Shown: positions 29,250-39,900 of the stretch, piece after piece
How positions within the stretch are numbered: position 1 is the stretch's first letter
How the letters are laid out: each line of letters begins with the position of its first letter
DNA from: an uncultured Candidatus Rokubacteria bacterium
Lineage (GTDB): Bacteria > Methylomirabilota > Methylomirabilia > Rokubacteriales > DASRDR01
Direction of reading: 5' to 3'
Assembly: GCA_963805625.1 (NCBI GenBank)
Contig: CAWDVE010000004.1
Span: forward strand, 96,001 to 160,000
Length of the DNA: 64,000 bases
Notes under the pieces: model-generated
The model's database searches: none
Seen by the model: only the letters and a program-made list of their open reading frames with translations
What the model was told of the DNA's origin: nothing
Made by a program: the position numbers and the translations under genes

Positions 29250-30767
29250 GTGCGCTACGGCTTCGTGATCGACCAGACGCGGTGCATCGGGTGTCACGCC
29301 TGCACGGTGGCGTGCAAGGAGGAGAACCGCGTTCCCCTCGGCACGTTCCGGACGTGGGTGAAGTACGTCGAGAAGGGCGAGTTTCCGAACACCCGCCGCC
29401 ACTTCGCCGTCCTTCGCTGTAACCACTGCGACAACGCCCCCTGCGTGACCATCTGCCCCACGGTGGCGCTCTACCGGAGGTCGGACGGGATCGTCGACTT
29501 CGACCGCGACCGCTGCATCGGCTGCAAGTCCTGCATGCAGGCGTGCCCGTACGATGCGCTCTACATCGACCCCGAGACGCAGACGGCCGCGAAGTGCAAC
29601 TTCTGCGCGCATCGGGTGGAGCGGGGGCTCGAGCCCGCGTGCGTCATCGTCTGTCCCGAGCGGGCGATCCTCACCGGAGACCTCGACGATCCCGAGAGCG
29701 AGGTCTCGCGGGTGATCGCCCGGGAGCACGTGAGCGTCCGGAAGCCGGAGCAGGGGACGCGTCCGAAGCTCTTCTACGTCGGGGCCGACCACGCCACGCT
29801 CGCGCCCTCGCTCCAGGACGCGCCGGTCGCGACCATGTGGGGCCAGCACGCGAGCGAGCCCGGCTCGCTGGTCGCCCTCGCCGGCGGACGGCAGCCGCAC
29901 GGGTCGGCGGGGAGGACTGCGAAGTCCGTCGAGACTCTCGGCCGCACGGTGTACGACGTGTCGCACGAGCCCCGACCCTGGGGGTGGCGCGTCGGGGCGT
30001 ACCTCTGGACCAAGTCGGTCGCCGCCGGCGCCGCGCTCGCCGCCGCGGCGGCCGCGCTCGGCGAGGGGAGCGCCGCCGAGCTGGGCCTTCCACTCATCGC
30101 GCTGCTGTTCCTCTTGCTCACCGGGGGCTTGCTGATCGTCGACCTGAAGCGCCCCGAGCGGTTCCACTACCTCCTCCTCCGGCCGAACCCGCGCTCCTGG
30201 CTCGTCCTGGGCGCCTGGATCCTGCTCGCGTTTGGCGCGGCGCTCGGCCTCTGGATCCTGGCGGCCGTTGCCGGCGGGGGCGCGATCCTCGGCGTCCTCG
30301 CGATCCCCCTTGTGCTCCTCGCGCTCGGCGTCGCGGGCTACAGCGCGTTCCTCTTCGCCCAGGCGGAGGGGCGGGATTTCTGGCAGAGCCCGCTGGTGCT
30401 GCCGCATCTCCTGGCGGGCGCCGCGACGGCTGGAGCGGCCGTGAGCCTCCTGGTGACGCCGTCGTCGGCCACCGCGCGGAGCGTGCTCCTCGTGGGGCTA
30501 GGGGTGAACGTGTTTCTGGTCCTCGCCGAGTGCTACACGCCGCACGGGAACACGGACTCGCGGGCCGCCGCGCGGATCATCACCTGGGGCTCCCTGAGCC
30601 GGGTCTTCTGGGGCGGGGTGATCGTTACTGGCACGCTGCTCCCCGCGCTGCTCGTGATCCCGGCCTCCAGCGCCACCAGCGTCCTGGCGGGCGCCCTGGC
30701 CCTCGTCGGCCTCTACCTCTGGGAAGACTGCTGGGTGCGGGCGGGGCAGGCCGTCCCGCTCAGCTGA
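29250..30767 (+). CDS. Fused 4x[4Fe-4S] electron-transfer subunit (NrfC/PsrB-like) and NrfD/PsrC membrane anchor
   Basis: CIGCHACTVAC, CNHCDNAPCVTIC, CIGCKSCMQAC, KCNFC..PACVIVC, followed by WGWRVGAYLW, DLKRPERF, RSWLVLGAWIL. Confidence 0.93.
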   Translation: MRYGFVIDQTRCIGCHACTVACKEENRVPLGTFRTWVKYVEKGEFPNTRRHFAVLRCNHCDNAPCVTICPTVALYRRSDGIVDFDRDRCIGCKSCMQACPYDALYIDPETQTAAKCNFCAHRVERGLEPACVIVCPERAILTGDLDDPESEVSRVIAREHVSVRKPEQGTRPKLFYVGADHATLAPSLQDAPVATMWGQHASEPGSLVALAGGRQPHGSAGRTAKSVETLGRTVYDVSHEPRPWGWRVGAYLWTKSVAAGAALAAAAAALGEGSAAELGLPLIALLFLLLTGGLLIVDLKRPERFHYLLLRPNPRSWLVLGAWILLAFGAALGLWILAAVAGGGAILGVLAIPLVLLALGVAGYSAFLFAQAEGRDFWQSPLVLPHLLAGAATAGAAVSLLVTPSSATARSVLLVGLGVNVFLVLAECYTPHGNTDSRAAARIITWGSLSRVFWGGVIVTGTLLPALLVIPASSATSVLAGALALVGLYLWEDCWVRAGQAVPLS

Positions 30768-30777
30768 AGGACGAACC

Positions 30778-33609
30778 ATGCCGCAATCTCCCTCGATCGA
30801 GCCGCTCCATCCGGCGGCGCAGAACCTGACGGCGCTACCGGGCGGCCTCGCGAGCTACCCGCCCGTCGAGCGCTGGGAGGACTGGGCCGAGTACGACCCG
30901 CAAGCCTGGCCGCGGCGCGTCGAGCGCCGCTATCAGCTCGTCCCCACCATCTGCTTCAACTGCGAGGCGGGCTGCGGGCTCCTGGCCTACGTGGACAAGG
31001 ACCGCCTCACGATCCAGAAGTTCGAGGGAAACCCGGAGCATCCCGGCAGCCGTGGGCGCAACTGCGCGAAGGGACCGGCGACCCTGAATCAGGTCGAGGA
31101 TCCCGAGCGCATCCGCCACCCGTTGAAGCGGGTCGGGCCGCGGGGCGGGGGGCAGTGGGAGCGCGTCAGCTGGGACCAGGCGCTCGACGACATCGCCGCG
31201 CGCATCAGGAAGGCGCTCGTCGAGGGCAGGCGCAACGAGGTCATGTATCATGTCGGCCGCCCGGGCCACGAGCTCGTATACCACCAGCGCATCATGCACG
31301 CCTGGGGGATCGACGGGCACAATTCGCACACCAACGTCTGCTCGGCCTCCGCGCGCGCGGGCTACGCGTTCTGGAGCGGCCTCGACCGCCCGTCGCCGGA
31401 TCACGCCAACGCCCGGTTTATCCTGCTCCTGTCCTCGCACCTCGAGACGGGCCACTATTTCAACCCGCACGCCCAGCGGATCATCGAGGGGAAGAAGCGC
31501 GGCGCGAAGATCTGCGCGATCGACACGCGGCTCAGCAACACGGCGTCGATGGCCGACTGGTGGCTGTCCCCGTGGCCAGGAACCGAGGCCGCGCTCCTCC
31601 TCGCCATGTGCCAGCTGATCATCGCGGAGCGGCGCTACGACCGCGAGTTCATCCGCCGCTGGGTGAACTGGGCGGAGTACCTCCGGGAGGAGCATCCCGA
31701 CAAGCCCCAGACCTTCGAGACCTTCGAGGCGATCCTCCCGACGCTCTACGCGGAGTTCACTCCGGCGTTCGCCGAGCGGGAGTCCGGCGTCCCGGCCGCG
31801 ACCATCGAAGAGGTGGCGCGGGAGGCCGCGCGGGCCGGCTCCGCGCTGGCGACCCACGTGTGGCGGAACGCGGCGGCGGGGAACCTCGGGGGCTGGCAGG
31901 TCGCGCGGGCGCTCCAGCTGCTCGTCGTGCTCGTGGGCGCCGTCGCCACGCCGGGGGGCACCGCGCCCTCCTTCTACAACAAGGCCGTCCCGGCGCCCCC
32001 GCTCATGCCGCCGCCGGCCAAGGTCTGGAGCGAGCTCCTCTACCCGCCCGAGTATCCCCTCGCGTTCTTCGAGATGAGCTTCCTCCTGCCGCATCTCCTC
32101 AAGGAGAAGCGCGGCCGCCTCGACACGTACTTCACGCGGGTCTACAACCCGGTATGGACAAACCCCGACGGCTTCTCGTGGATCGAGATGCTGACGGACG
32201 AGGCCAAGATCGGGCTCCACGCGTGCCTCACCCCGATCTGGAGCGAGACCGCGTGGTTCGCCGACTACGTGCTCCCGATGGGGCACGCCTCCGAGCGGCA
32301 CGACCTCATGAGCCAGGAGACCCACGCGGCGCGGTGGATCGGCTTCCGCCAGCCCGTGCTGCGGGTGGCGCTCGAGAGCCAGGGGAAGCGCTTCGCCACG
32401 ACCTGGGAGGCGCACGCCGCGGCGGGCCTGGGCGAGGTGTGGGAGGAGGACGAGTTCTGGATCGAGCTCTCCTGGCGGATCGACCCGGACGGGGCGCTCG
32501 GGATCCGCAAGTGGTTCGAGTCTCCATACCGCCCCGGCGAGAAGCTCACCGTCGACGACTTCTACGGGTGGATGTTCGAGCACTCCGTGCCGGGGCTGCC
32601 GGCGGCGGCGGCGAAGGAGGGGATGACGTCGCTCACGTACATGCGGAAGCGCGGCGCGTTCCTCGTCGAGGACGGCGTGTACCGCACCCACGAGACGGTT
32701 CCGGGGGCGGCGACGCTGGAGGGCGCCGCGGTCGACCCGACGACGGGCGTGATCACGAAGGCGGGGGCGGTGGTCGGCGTCGAGGTCGACGGGCGCGCCT
32801 ACGTCGGGTTCCCCACGCCCTCGCGCAAGCTGGAGTTCTTCTCGAAGACCCTGCGCGACTGGAAGTGGCCGGAGTACGCGCTGCCGGCCTACATCCGGAG
32901 CCACGTCCACTGGTCCGGGATGGACCGCCAGAAGAACGAGTTCCTGCTCCTGCCGACGTTCCGGCTGCCCACCCTGATCCACACGCGCTCCGGCAATGCG
33001 AAGTGGCTCTACGAGATCTCCCACTCGAATCCGCTGTGGCTCCATCCGAAGGACGCCGCCCGGCTCGGGGTGGGGACCAACGACGTGCTCAAGGTTTACA
33101 CGGAGATCGGGTGGTTCGTGGACAAGGTCTGGGTGACCGAGTCGATCCGCCCGGGGATCATCGCGTGCTCCCACCACCTGGGTCGCTGGCGCCTCAGCGA
33201 GGACCAGGGTGGGGAGCGCTGGTCAACGGCGCTCGTGCGCCTCGAGCGGCCGGGGCCCGGCCAGTGGCGGATGCGGTACCTCCACGGGATCCGTCCATTT
33301 AAGAGCGAGGACCCCGACTCCGAGCGCGTGTTCTGGGAGGACGCCGGCGTCCACCAGAACCTCACGTTCTGTGTCCAGCCGGACCCCGTGAGCGGGCAGC
33401 AGTGCTGGCACCAGAAGATCCGCGTGGAGCGGCCCGGCCCGGACGACCGCTATGGCGACGTCTTCGTCGACACGACGAAGGCGCACGAGGTGTACCGGCG
33501 CTGGCTCGCGATGGCGCGGCCGGCGCCCGGTCCGGGCAATCTCCGCCGGCCCCTGTGGCTCCCGCGCGCCTACAAGCCCGATCCCGCGAGCTACCGGATG
33601 GAGGCGTGA
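30778..33609 (+). CDS. Mo/W-bisPGD oxidoreductase catalytic subunit (DMSO reductase family, Psr/Phs-like), no Tat signal
   Basis: CFNCEAGC...NCAKG FS0 cluster, RHPLKRVG, HTNVCS (Cys ligand), ADYVLP, HPKDAARLG. Confidence 0.92.
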   Translation: MPQSPSIEPLHPAAQNLTALPGGLASYPPVERWEDWAEYDPQAWPRRVERRYQLVPTICFNCEAGCGLLAYVDKDRLTIQKFEGNPEHPGSRGRNCAKGPATLNQVEDPERIRHPLKRVGPRGGGQWERVSWDQALDDIAARIRKALVEGRRNEVMYHVGRPGHELVYHQRIMHAWGIDGHNSHTNVCSASARAGYAFWSGLDRPSPDHANARFILLLSSHLETGHYFNPHAQRIIEGKKRGAKICAIDTRLSNTASMADWWLSPWPGTEAALLLAMCQLIIAERRYDREFIRRWVNWAEYLREEHPDKPQTFETFEAILPTLYAEFTPAFAERESGVPAATIEEVAREAARAGSALATHVWRNAAAGNLGGWQVARALQLLVVLVGAVATPGGTAPSFYNKAVPAPPLMPPPAKVWSELLYPPEYPLAFFEMSFLLPHLLKEKRGRLDTYFTRVYNPVWTNPDGFSWIEMLTDEAKIGLHACLTPIWSETAWFADYVLPMGHASERHDLMSQETHAARWIGFRQPVLRVALESQGKRFATTWEAHAAAGLGEVWEEDEFWIELSWRIDPDGALGIRKWFESPYRPGEKLTVDDFYGWMFEHSVPGLPAAAAKEGMTSLTYMRKRGAFLVEDGVYRTHETVPGAATLEGAAVDPTTGVITKAGAVVGVEVDGRAYVGFPTPSRKLEFFSKTLRDWKWPEYALPAYIRSHVHWSGMDRQKNEFLLLPTFRLPTLIHTRSGNAKWLYEISHSNPLWLHPKDAARLGVGTNDVLKVYTEIGWFVDKVWVTESIRPGIIACSHHLGRWRLSEDQGGERWSTALVRLERPGPGQWRMRYLHGIRPFKSEDPDSERVFWEDAGVHQNLTFCVQPDPVSGQQCWHQKIRVERPGPDDRYGDVFVDTTKAHEVYRRWLAMARPAPGPGNLRRPLWLPRAYKPDPASYRMEA

Positions 33610-33634
33610 CGCGCAAGAAGGGCCGCCAGGCCGC

Positions 33635-34924
33635 GTGGGCAGCGGCACTCCGTTCCCGCCCCCGGCTGCATCGCTCGCCGGGTTGATCGCGTTCACGCAG
33701 ACGCCCGTCGTGCGCGGCGCGGCCTGGGTCGTTCTCGCCGGCCTGGGCACGGGGTTCTTCCTCCAGATGTACGCCCGCATGGCGCGGGTGACGGGGAACG
33801 ACCTCGGCGCCCGCCTCGCGTCGGCGCGGATCCTGATCGAGGGCGGGGATCCGTACACGCTCGTGCTGCCGCAAGGGCACGGCCCCTATCCGCTCACGAT
33901 CGACGTGCTCGTCATTCCCCTCACGTGGCTACCCCTCGGCCTGGCCCAGAGCCTCTGGTTCGCGCTGAGCGTCGCTACCCTCGTCGGGTCTCTCCTGATC
34001 CTCGACCGGCTGTGGCGGCGGGCGCGGGGCGGCGCCGTTGATCCGATCCTCGCCGTGCCCTTCGACGTTCGCCTGGCGGGCCTCGCCCTTGCCCTGTTCA
34101 TTCCGTTCCAGAACCACCTGCGGTACGGGCAGCTGAACCTCCTTCTGCTGTGTCTCTGCAGCCTCTTCCTGGCGTTCCATCTCCGCCAGCGCGGGCCCGC
34201 CGCGGCGGCCTCCCTGGGCGCAGCCATCGCGCTGAAGCTCACGCCGGCCGTGTTCCTCCTCTACCTTGGCCGAGAGGGCCGTGGGCGGTCATACCGAACG
34301 GCCCTCGGCGCGATCGCGTGGACACTGCTCCTGGCCGTGGGGCTCCCCGCCCTGATCTCCCCGAGGGTCCTCGAGCTGTACCGAGACGGCTGGGTGCCGG
34401 AGGTGGCGGGGCTGGCGGCGGGGCCGGTCGAGTACGAGTGGCGGACCCGGTTCACCCTTGCCGCTGTCCTGACGGAGATCTGGCCCTGGCTCGCGACGGT
34501 GCCCGGCCTGCGCTATGCGGCGGCCGCGGGCGTCCTCGGGCCCATCCTCTGGGTCCAGCCCCGTCTCGCGCGTGACCCCCGCGGCGGGCTGTTCCTGTTC
34601 GCGCTCTACATGACGGCGATGCCGCTCGTCTCGCCCGTGAGCGAGACGCACCACCTCGCGGTGCTCGCGAGCCCGCTGTGGATCTGGCTGCTCGCCGCCG
34701 GCTCGCCGCCCCACATGCCGGTGCTCGATGGCGTGGGCGCGGCGCTCGTCCTCGGGGGCCACTGGCTGGGCATCGCGCTCGCGGGCCCGGCGGCGGGGCG
34801 GCGGGGCTCCCTGTTCGACAGCGCGGCGCTGCTCGCGCTCTACGCGGTCCTGCTCCTGCGGTGTATCTGGCCGACCCGCCCGGTTCGGGTGCCGGCGACC
34901 GGAGAGGCATCCGAGTATGCGTGA
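33635..34924 (+). CDS. GT87/DUF2029 membrane glycosyltransferase
   Basis: GNDL...DPY...YPLT, GQLNLLL, AIALKLTP, SPVSETHH; start approximate. Confidence 0.8.
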   Translation: MGSGTPFPPPAASLAGLIAFTQTPVVRGAAWVVLAGLGTGFFLQMYARMARVTGNDLGARLASARILIEGGDPYTLVLPQGHGPYPLTIDVLVIPLTWLPLGLAQSLWFALSVATLVGSLLILDRLWRRARGGAVDPILAVPFDVRLAGLALALFIPFQNHLRYGQLNLLLLCLCSLFLAFHLRQRGPAAAASLGAAIALKLTPAVFLLYLGREGRGRSYRTALGAIAWTLLLAVGLPALISPRVLELYRDGWVPEVAGLAAGPVEYEWRTRFTLAAVLTEIWPWLATVPGLRYAAAAGVLGPILWVQPRLARDPRGGLFLFALYMTAMPLVSPVSETHHLAVLASPLWIWLLAAGSPPHMPVLDGVGAALVLGGHWLGIALAGPAAGRRGSLFDSAALLALYAVLLLRCIWPTRPVRVPATGEASEYA

Positions 34925-35011
34925 CCCGGCAAGATCTCGTGAGGAGTGCGGAGGGGCCGTCGCCCTTGACACCCCTCGGCCCTTCGGCCACCCTCACCCC
35001 TCGGAGAGCTG

Positions 35012-36757
35012 ATGCCGACGAAGACCCTGCGCGTGGAGACGGTCGCCCAGGCGTACCTGGAGCTCCTGCGGGAGCGCGGGATCGACTGCTTCTTCGCCAA
35101 CGCCGGGACCGACTTCGCGTCGATCGTCGACGCCTTCGCGCGCTTCGCGACCGAGGGGAAGACGACCCCGCGCCCGATCGCGGTGCCGCACGAGTTCGTC
35201 GCGGTGTCGATGGCCCACGGATACTACTTGGTCACGGGGCGGCCCCAGGCCGTGATGGTGCACGTCACGGTCGGGACGGCGAACAGCATCGGCGCGATCA
35301 TCAACGCCTCCAGGACCCAGGTCCCCGTCTTCTTCACGGCCGGGCGCACCCCGATCACCGAGGAGGGCGGCCTCCCCGGAGCGCGGGACACCCACATCCA
35401 CTGGGCGCAGGAGTCCTTCGACCAGGCCGGGATGCTCCGCGAGTACGTCAAGTGGGACTACGAGCTTCGGCAGCCCGTCCAGCTGGAGGCGGTGGTCGAC
35501 CGTGCGCTCGAGCTCGCGATGGCCGAGCCACGCGGCCCCGTCTATCTCACGCTGCCCCGCGAGGTGCTGGCGCAGCCGCTTGGCGATCTGACGATCTCGT
35601 CCCCGGCGCGCCGGCAGGTGGAGAGCCGGCGCTTTCCCGATCCCGCGCGGATCGAGGAGGCGGCCGAACGGCTGGTCGCCGCCCGGAACCCGCTGATCGT
35701 CACCGCCGAGCTAGGGCGCGCGCGGCTGGCGGTGGATGGCCTGGTCGCGCTCGCCGACATCGGCGCCTTCCCGGTGCTCGAGTCGAGCCCTGCGTACGTG
35801 AACTTCCCGGCGGACCACCCGTGCCACGCCGGCTGGGTCTTCGGGAGCCAGGATTACCCGGGGATGGCCGAGGCCGACGTCGTGCTCGTGGTCGACTGCG
35901 ACGTGCCCTGGTTCCCGTCGCGCTCGCGGCCCGCCGACGACGCCACTGTGATCCAGCTCGCTGTCGATCCGTTCTACTCCCGGTATCCGATGCGCTCCTA
36001 TCCCTGCGACGTCCCGCTCGCCGCCGAGCCGGCGGTGGCGCTGCCGCTTCTCACCGAGGCGGTCCGGCGTCGGATCGATCCCGCTCTAGTGGCGGCGCGC
36101 CGGGCGCAGCTCGGTGAGGCGCACCGGGCGCGCCGCGAGAGCTGGGCCAGGGCCGCTCTGGAGGAGCGCGCGCGCACGCCGATCGGCTTCCAGTGGGCCT
36201 CCCGGTGCGTCGGCGAGGTGCTCGGCTCCGACACGATCGTCGTCAACGAGTACCCGCTGGATCTCCGTCACGCCCCGCCGTCGGGATCCGGGGCCTGCTT
36301 CGGCTCGCCCCACTCCGGGGGGCTCGGCTGGGGCCTGGGGGCTGCCCTCGGCGCGAAGCTTGGGGCGCCGGAGAAGACCGTCATCGCTACGGTCGGGGAC
36401 GGAGCCTACATCTTCGGGGCTCCGACGGCTGCCCACCTGGCGGCGCAGCTCCACCAGCTGCCGTTCCTGACGGTGATCTTCAACAATGCCGGCTGGGAGG
36501 CCGTCGAGCGCGCCACGCGCTCCGTGCATCCCGACGGCTGGGCGGCGACGACCGCGGCATTCCCACTGACCGGGCTCTCCTCCTCCGCTCACTACGAGGA
36601 GATCGTGCGGAGCTTCGGCGGCCACGGGGAGCGCGTCGAGGATCCGGCGGAGCTGCCGGGAGCGCTCCGCCGAGCCCTGCGGGTGGTCCGCGACGAGGGC
36701 CGGCAGGCCGTCCTGAACGTGATCTGTCGCCGCCAGGCCGGCTCGCCCAAGGGGTAG
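35012..36757 (+). CDS. Thiamine pyrophosphate-requiring enzyme (ALS large-subunit-like family)
   Basis: FANAGTDF, PHEFVAVSMAHG, IHWAQE, GLGWGLGAALG, GDGAY...NNAGW (TPP motif). Confidence 0.92.
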   Translation: MPTKTLRVETVAQAYLELLRERGIDCFFANAGTDFASIVDAFARFATEGKTTPRPIAVPHEFVAVSMAHGYYLVTGRPQAVMVHVTVGTANSIGAIINASRTQVPVFFTAGRTPITEEGGLPGARDTHIHWAQESFDQAGMLREYVKWDYELRQPVQLEAVVDRALELAMAEPRGPVYLTLPREVLAQPLGDLTISSPARRQVESRRFPDPARIEEAAERLVAARNPLIVTAELGRARLAVDGLVALADIGAFPVLESSPAYVNFPADHPCHAGWVFGSQDYPGMAEADVVLVVDCDVPWFPSRSRPADDATVIQLAVDPFYSRYPMRSYPCDVPLAAEPAVALPLLTEAVRRRIDPALVAARRAQLGEAHRARRESWARAALEERARTPIGFQWASRCVGEVLGSDTIVVNEYPLDLRHAPPSGSGACFGSPHSGGLGWGLGAALGAKLGAPEKTVIATVGDGAYIFGAPTAAHLAAQLHQLPFLTVIFNNAGWEAVERATRSVHPDGWAATTAAFPLTGLSSSAHYEEIVRSFGGHGERVEDPAELPGALRRALRVVRDEGRQAVLNVICRRQAGSPKG

Positions 36758-36932
36758 CCGTCCCGCCCGTTCGCCTTCGGTCTTCATGATGCGCGACGGG
36801 ATCGGCCGGGCGACCGGCCTGTCGCTGGCGGACCGGGAGCCGCTCGGCCGGCTCCCCGAGCCCTACCCGTCGTTCTTCTGAGCGGAGGGTGAGGAATTGG
36901 AGGCCGGCACGGACGGCCCGATAATGGGAGCC

Positions 36933-39900
36933 ATGGACAGTGTGACCACGATGCCACGCTCCCCCGACCGTCTCGATCTGAGCCTCGACGACCGCTACCT
37001 CCGGGACGAGGGGGCGGTCTACCTCTCCGGCATGCAGGCCCTCGTGCGCCTGGCGATCGACCAGAGTCGGCGCGACCGCCGGGCGGACCTCCGGATCGGG
37101 ACGTTCATCAGCGGCTATCCCGGCTCGCCCCTCGGGGGCTACGACCTTGCCCTGCGCCAGGCGCGCCGGATCCTGACCGAGCACGACATCCGCCACGTGC
37201 CGGGCGCGAACGAGGAGCTCGCCGCGACGGCGCTCTCGGGCACCCAGATGCTCGACCGCTACCCGCACTCCCGCTACGACGGGGTCGTGGGCCTCTGGTA
37301 CGGGAAGGGCCCCGGCGTCGACCGGAGCGGAGACGCTCTCAAGCACGGCAACTTCGCGGGAACCAGCCGGCACGGCGCCGTCGTGGTGCTCTCCGGTGAC
37401 GACCACGAGGCGAAGAGCTCGACCATGCCCTACCAGGACGACTACGCCTTCGTGGGGCACGGCATGCCCATCCTCTACCCGGCCTCGACGGGGGAGTTCC
37501 TCACACTCGGGCTCCACGCGATCGCGCTCTCGCGCTTCTCGGGCTGCTGGGTGGTGATGAAGCTCGTGGGGCAGCTCGCCGACGGCGGCGAGACGGTCCA
37601 CGTGTCGCGCGACGACCCCGGGATCGTGATCCCGGAGCTCCTGATCGACGGCAAGCCCTTCCGGAAGTCGACGGACTTCACGTTCTTTCCCGGGCTGAAC
37701 ATCGAGACGGAGCGCCAGCTCTACTACGAGCGCCACCGGGCCGTGCTGGCCTACGCGCGGGCGAACAGCCTCACCTGGGCCGAGATCGGCGCTCGCGGGG
37801 ACCGCGTGGGCCTGGTGACGGCGGGCAAGTCGTACGCCGATCTCCGTCAGGCCCTCCTCGACCTCGGTCTCGACGAGGCCGCGCTGCGGCGCCTCGGAGT
37901 GCGCCTGCTGAGAGTAGGGCTCATTTACCCGCTCGACGCCGACGCGATGCGCGCTTTTGCGCGGGACCTCGACGAGATCGTGGTGGTCGAGGAGAAGCGC
38001 GGCTTCCTCGAGGGGCAGGTGAAGGAAGCCCTCGCCGGGTTTCCGCGGGGTGTCCGGGTCCTCGGCAAGACAGACGAGACCGGAGCGCCGCTGTTCCCGA
38101 TCCAGGGAGGCATGGACTCCGACGTGGTGGCGGAGCGGCTGGCACCCCGGCTGCTCCGCCTCGCCGAGAGCCAGCCAGACCTGACGGGGCGGATCCGGAG
38201 CCGGCTCGATGCGATCCGGGCGATTCGCGCGCGGCCGCACGAGGCGCACCCGGGCCGGACACCGAACTACTGCTCCGGGTGCCCCCACAACGTCGGCACG
38301 CGGCTTCTGCCGGGCGAGGTGGCGTGGGGTAGCCCCGGGTGCCATTCGTTCGCCTCGATCATCGAGCAGCCCGAGCGGCACATCGTCTCGATGACGCAGC
38401 TCGGTGGCGAGGGGCTGCCGTGGATCGGGCTCGCGCCGTACACCGACCGGCCGCACATCGTGCAGAACGTCGGCGACGGCTCGCTGTTCCACTCGTCGTA
38501 CCTGAACATCCGGTTCTGCGTGGCGGCCGGGGCCAACATCACGTTCAAGATTCTTTACAATGGGTTCGTGGCGAACACAGGTGCCCAAGAGATGGTCGGC
38601 GGGAAGCCCGTGCCCGAGCTGACGCGGATGCTCGAGCTGGAGGGCGTGCGGACGACGGTGGTCCTGACCAAGGATCCCGACGCGTATCGCGGCGTCGAGC
38701 TCGCGGGCAACGCGCGCGTGGAGGTCATCGAGCGACAGGACGCGGTGCTCCAGGAGCTCGCCGCCACGCGGGGCGTCACCGTGCTGATCCACGATGGAAT
38801 CTGCGCCAACGAGCGCCGGCGCCGGCAGAAGCGCGGGCAGCTTCCGGCGTCGAACCGCTTCGTCGTGATCAACGAGGAGGTCTGCGAGGGTTGCGGGCAC
38901 TGCGGGGCGCTGACGAACTGCATGTCGCTCCACCGGGTCGAGACGGAGCTCGGGCCGAAGACCCAGATCCACGCGTCCTCCTGTAACCAGGATCTCTCCT
39001 GTCTCGGCGGGGACTGTCCCTCGTTCGTGACGGTCGAGACGGCGCCCGGGACGGGCTACCGGAAGCCCGCGGCCCCCGTCCTCCCGGCCGACGCCGTCCC
39101 GGAGCCGTCCGACCGCGTCGGGCTCGAGCGGCCCTACCACGTCTACCTCCCCGGGGTCGGGGGGACGGGCGTCATCACGCTGAATGCGCTGCTCAGCTGG
39201 GCGGCGCTGCTCGACGGTCTGCACGTCCTGAGCTACGACCAGACCGGGGCGGCCCAGAAGTGGGGCCCCGTCCTGTCGAGCCTGATCCTCGCCCGGCCGG
39301 AGCACGTGGCGGCCGCGAACAAGGTCGGGCTCGGTCAGGCCGACCTCTACCTGGCGCTCGACCTCCTGGCGGCCGGGACCCGCGTCAACCTCGACCGCTG
39401 CGACCCGGTGCGCACGGTGGCCGTCGTGAACGCGTCGATCCTGCCGAGCGGCGAGATGGTGCGCAACGTGGACTTCACGCCGCCCGTCGACGCGATCCGC
39501 GGCCAGATCGACCGTTTCACGCGGGCCGCCGCCAACGTCGCCGTTGACGCGCGGCGGCTGTCCGAGGGCCTGTTCGACGACTACATGGCGACCAACATGC
39601 TCGTGCTGGGCGTGGCCTACCAGGCCGGGCTCCTGCCGCTCACGGGGGCGGCCGTTGAGCAGGCCGTCCGCCTGAACGGCGTCGCCGTGGACCAGAACCT
39701 CCAGGCCTTCCGCTACGGCCGTCTCTGGGCGGCTGATCCGGACCGGGTCCGTGCGCTCGTCGAGCCTCCGGCGCGGTCATTCGAGTCCGAGCGGGCGGCG
39801 GCGCTCGAGCGGCTCGGCGGGCGCGACGCGAGCGCGTACGTGTCGCTGCTCGACCGCTCTGCGCATCTCGACCCAGCGGCGCGCCGGCTGCTGGCGCTCC

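Noticed and set aside
27505-36757. comA plus the downstream TPP enzyme as a coenzyme M biosynthesis cluster
   Set aside because: No comB/comC. The TPP protein is a long ALS-like type, not ComDE, is separated by a glycosyltransferase, and has its own possible promoter (TTGACA at 34966).
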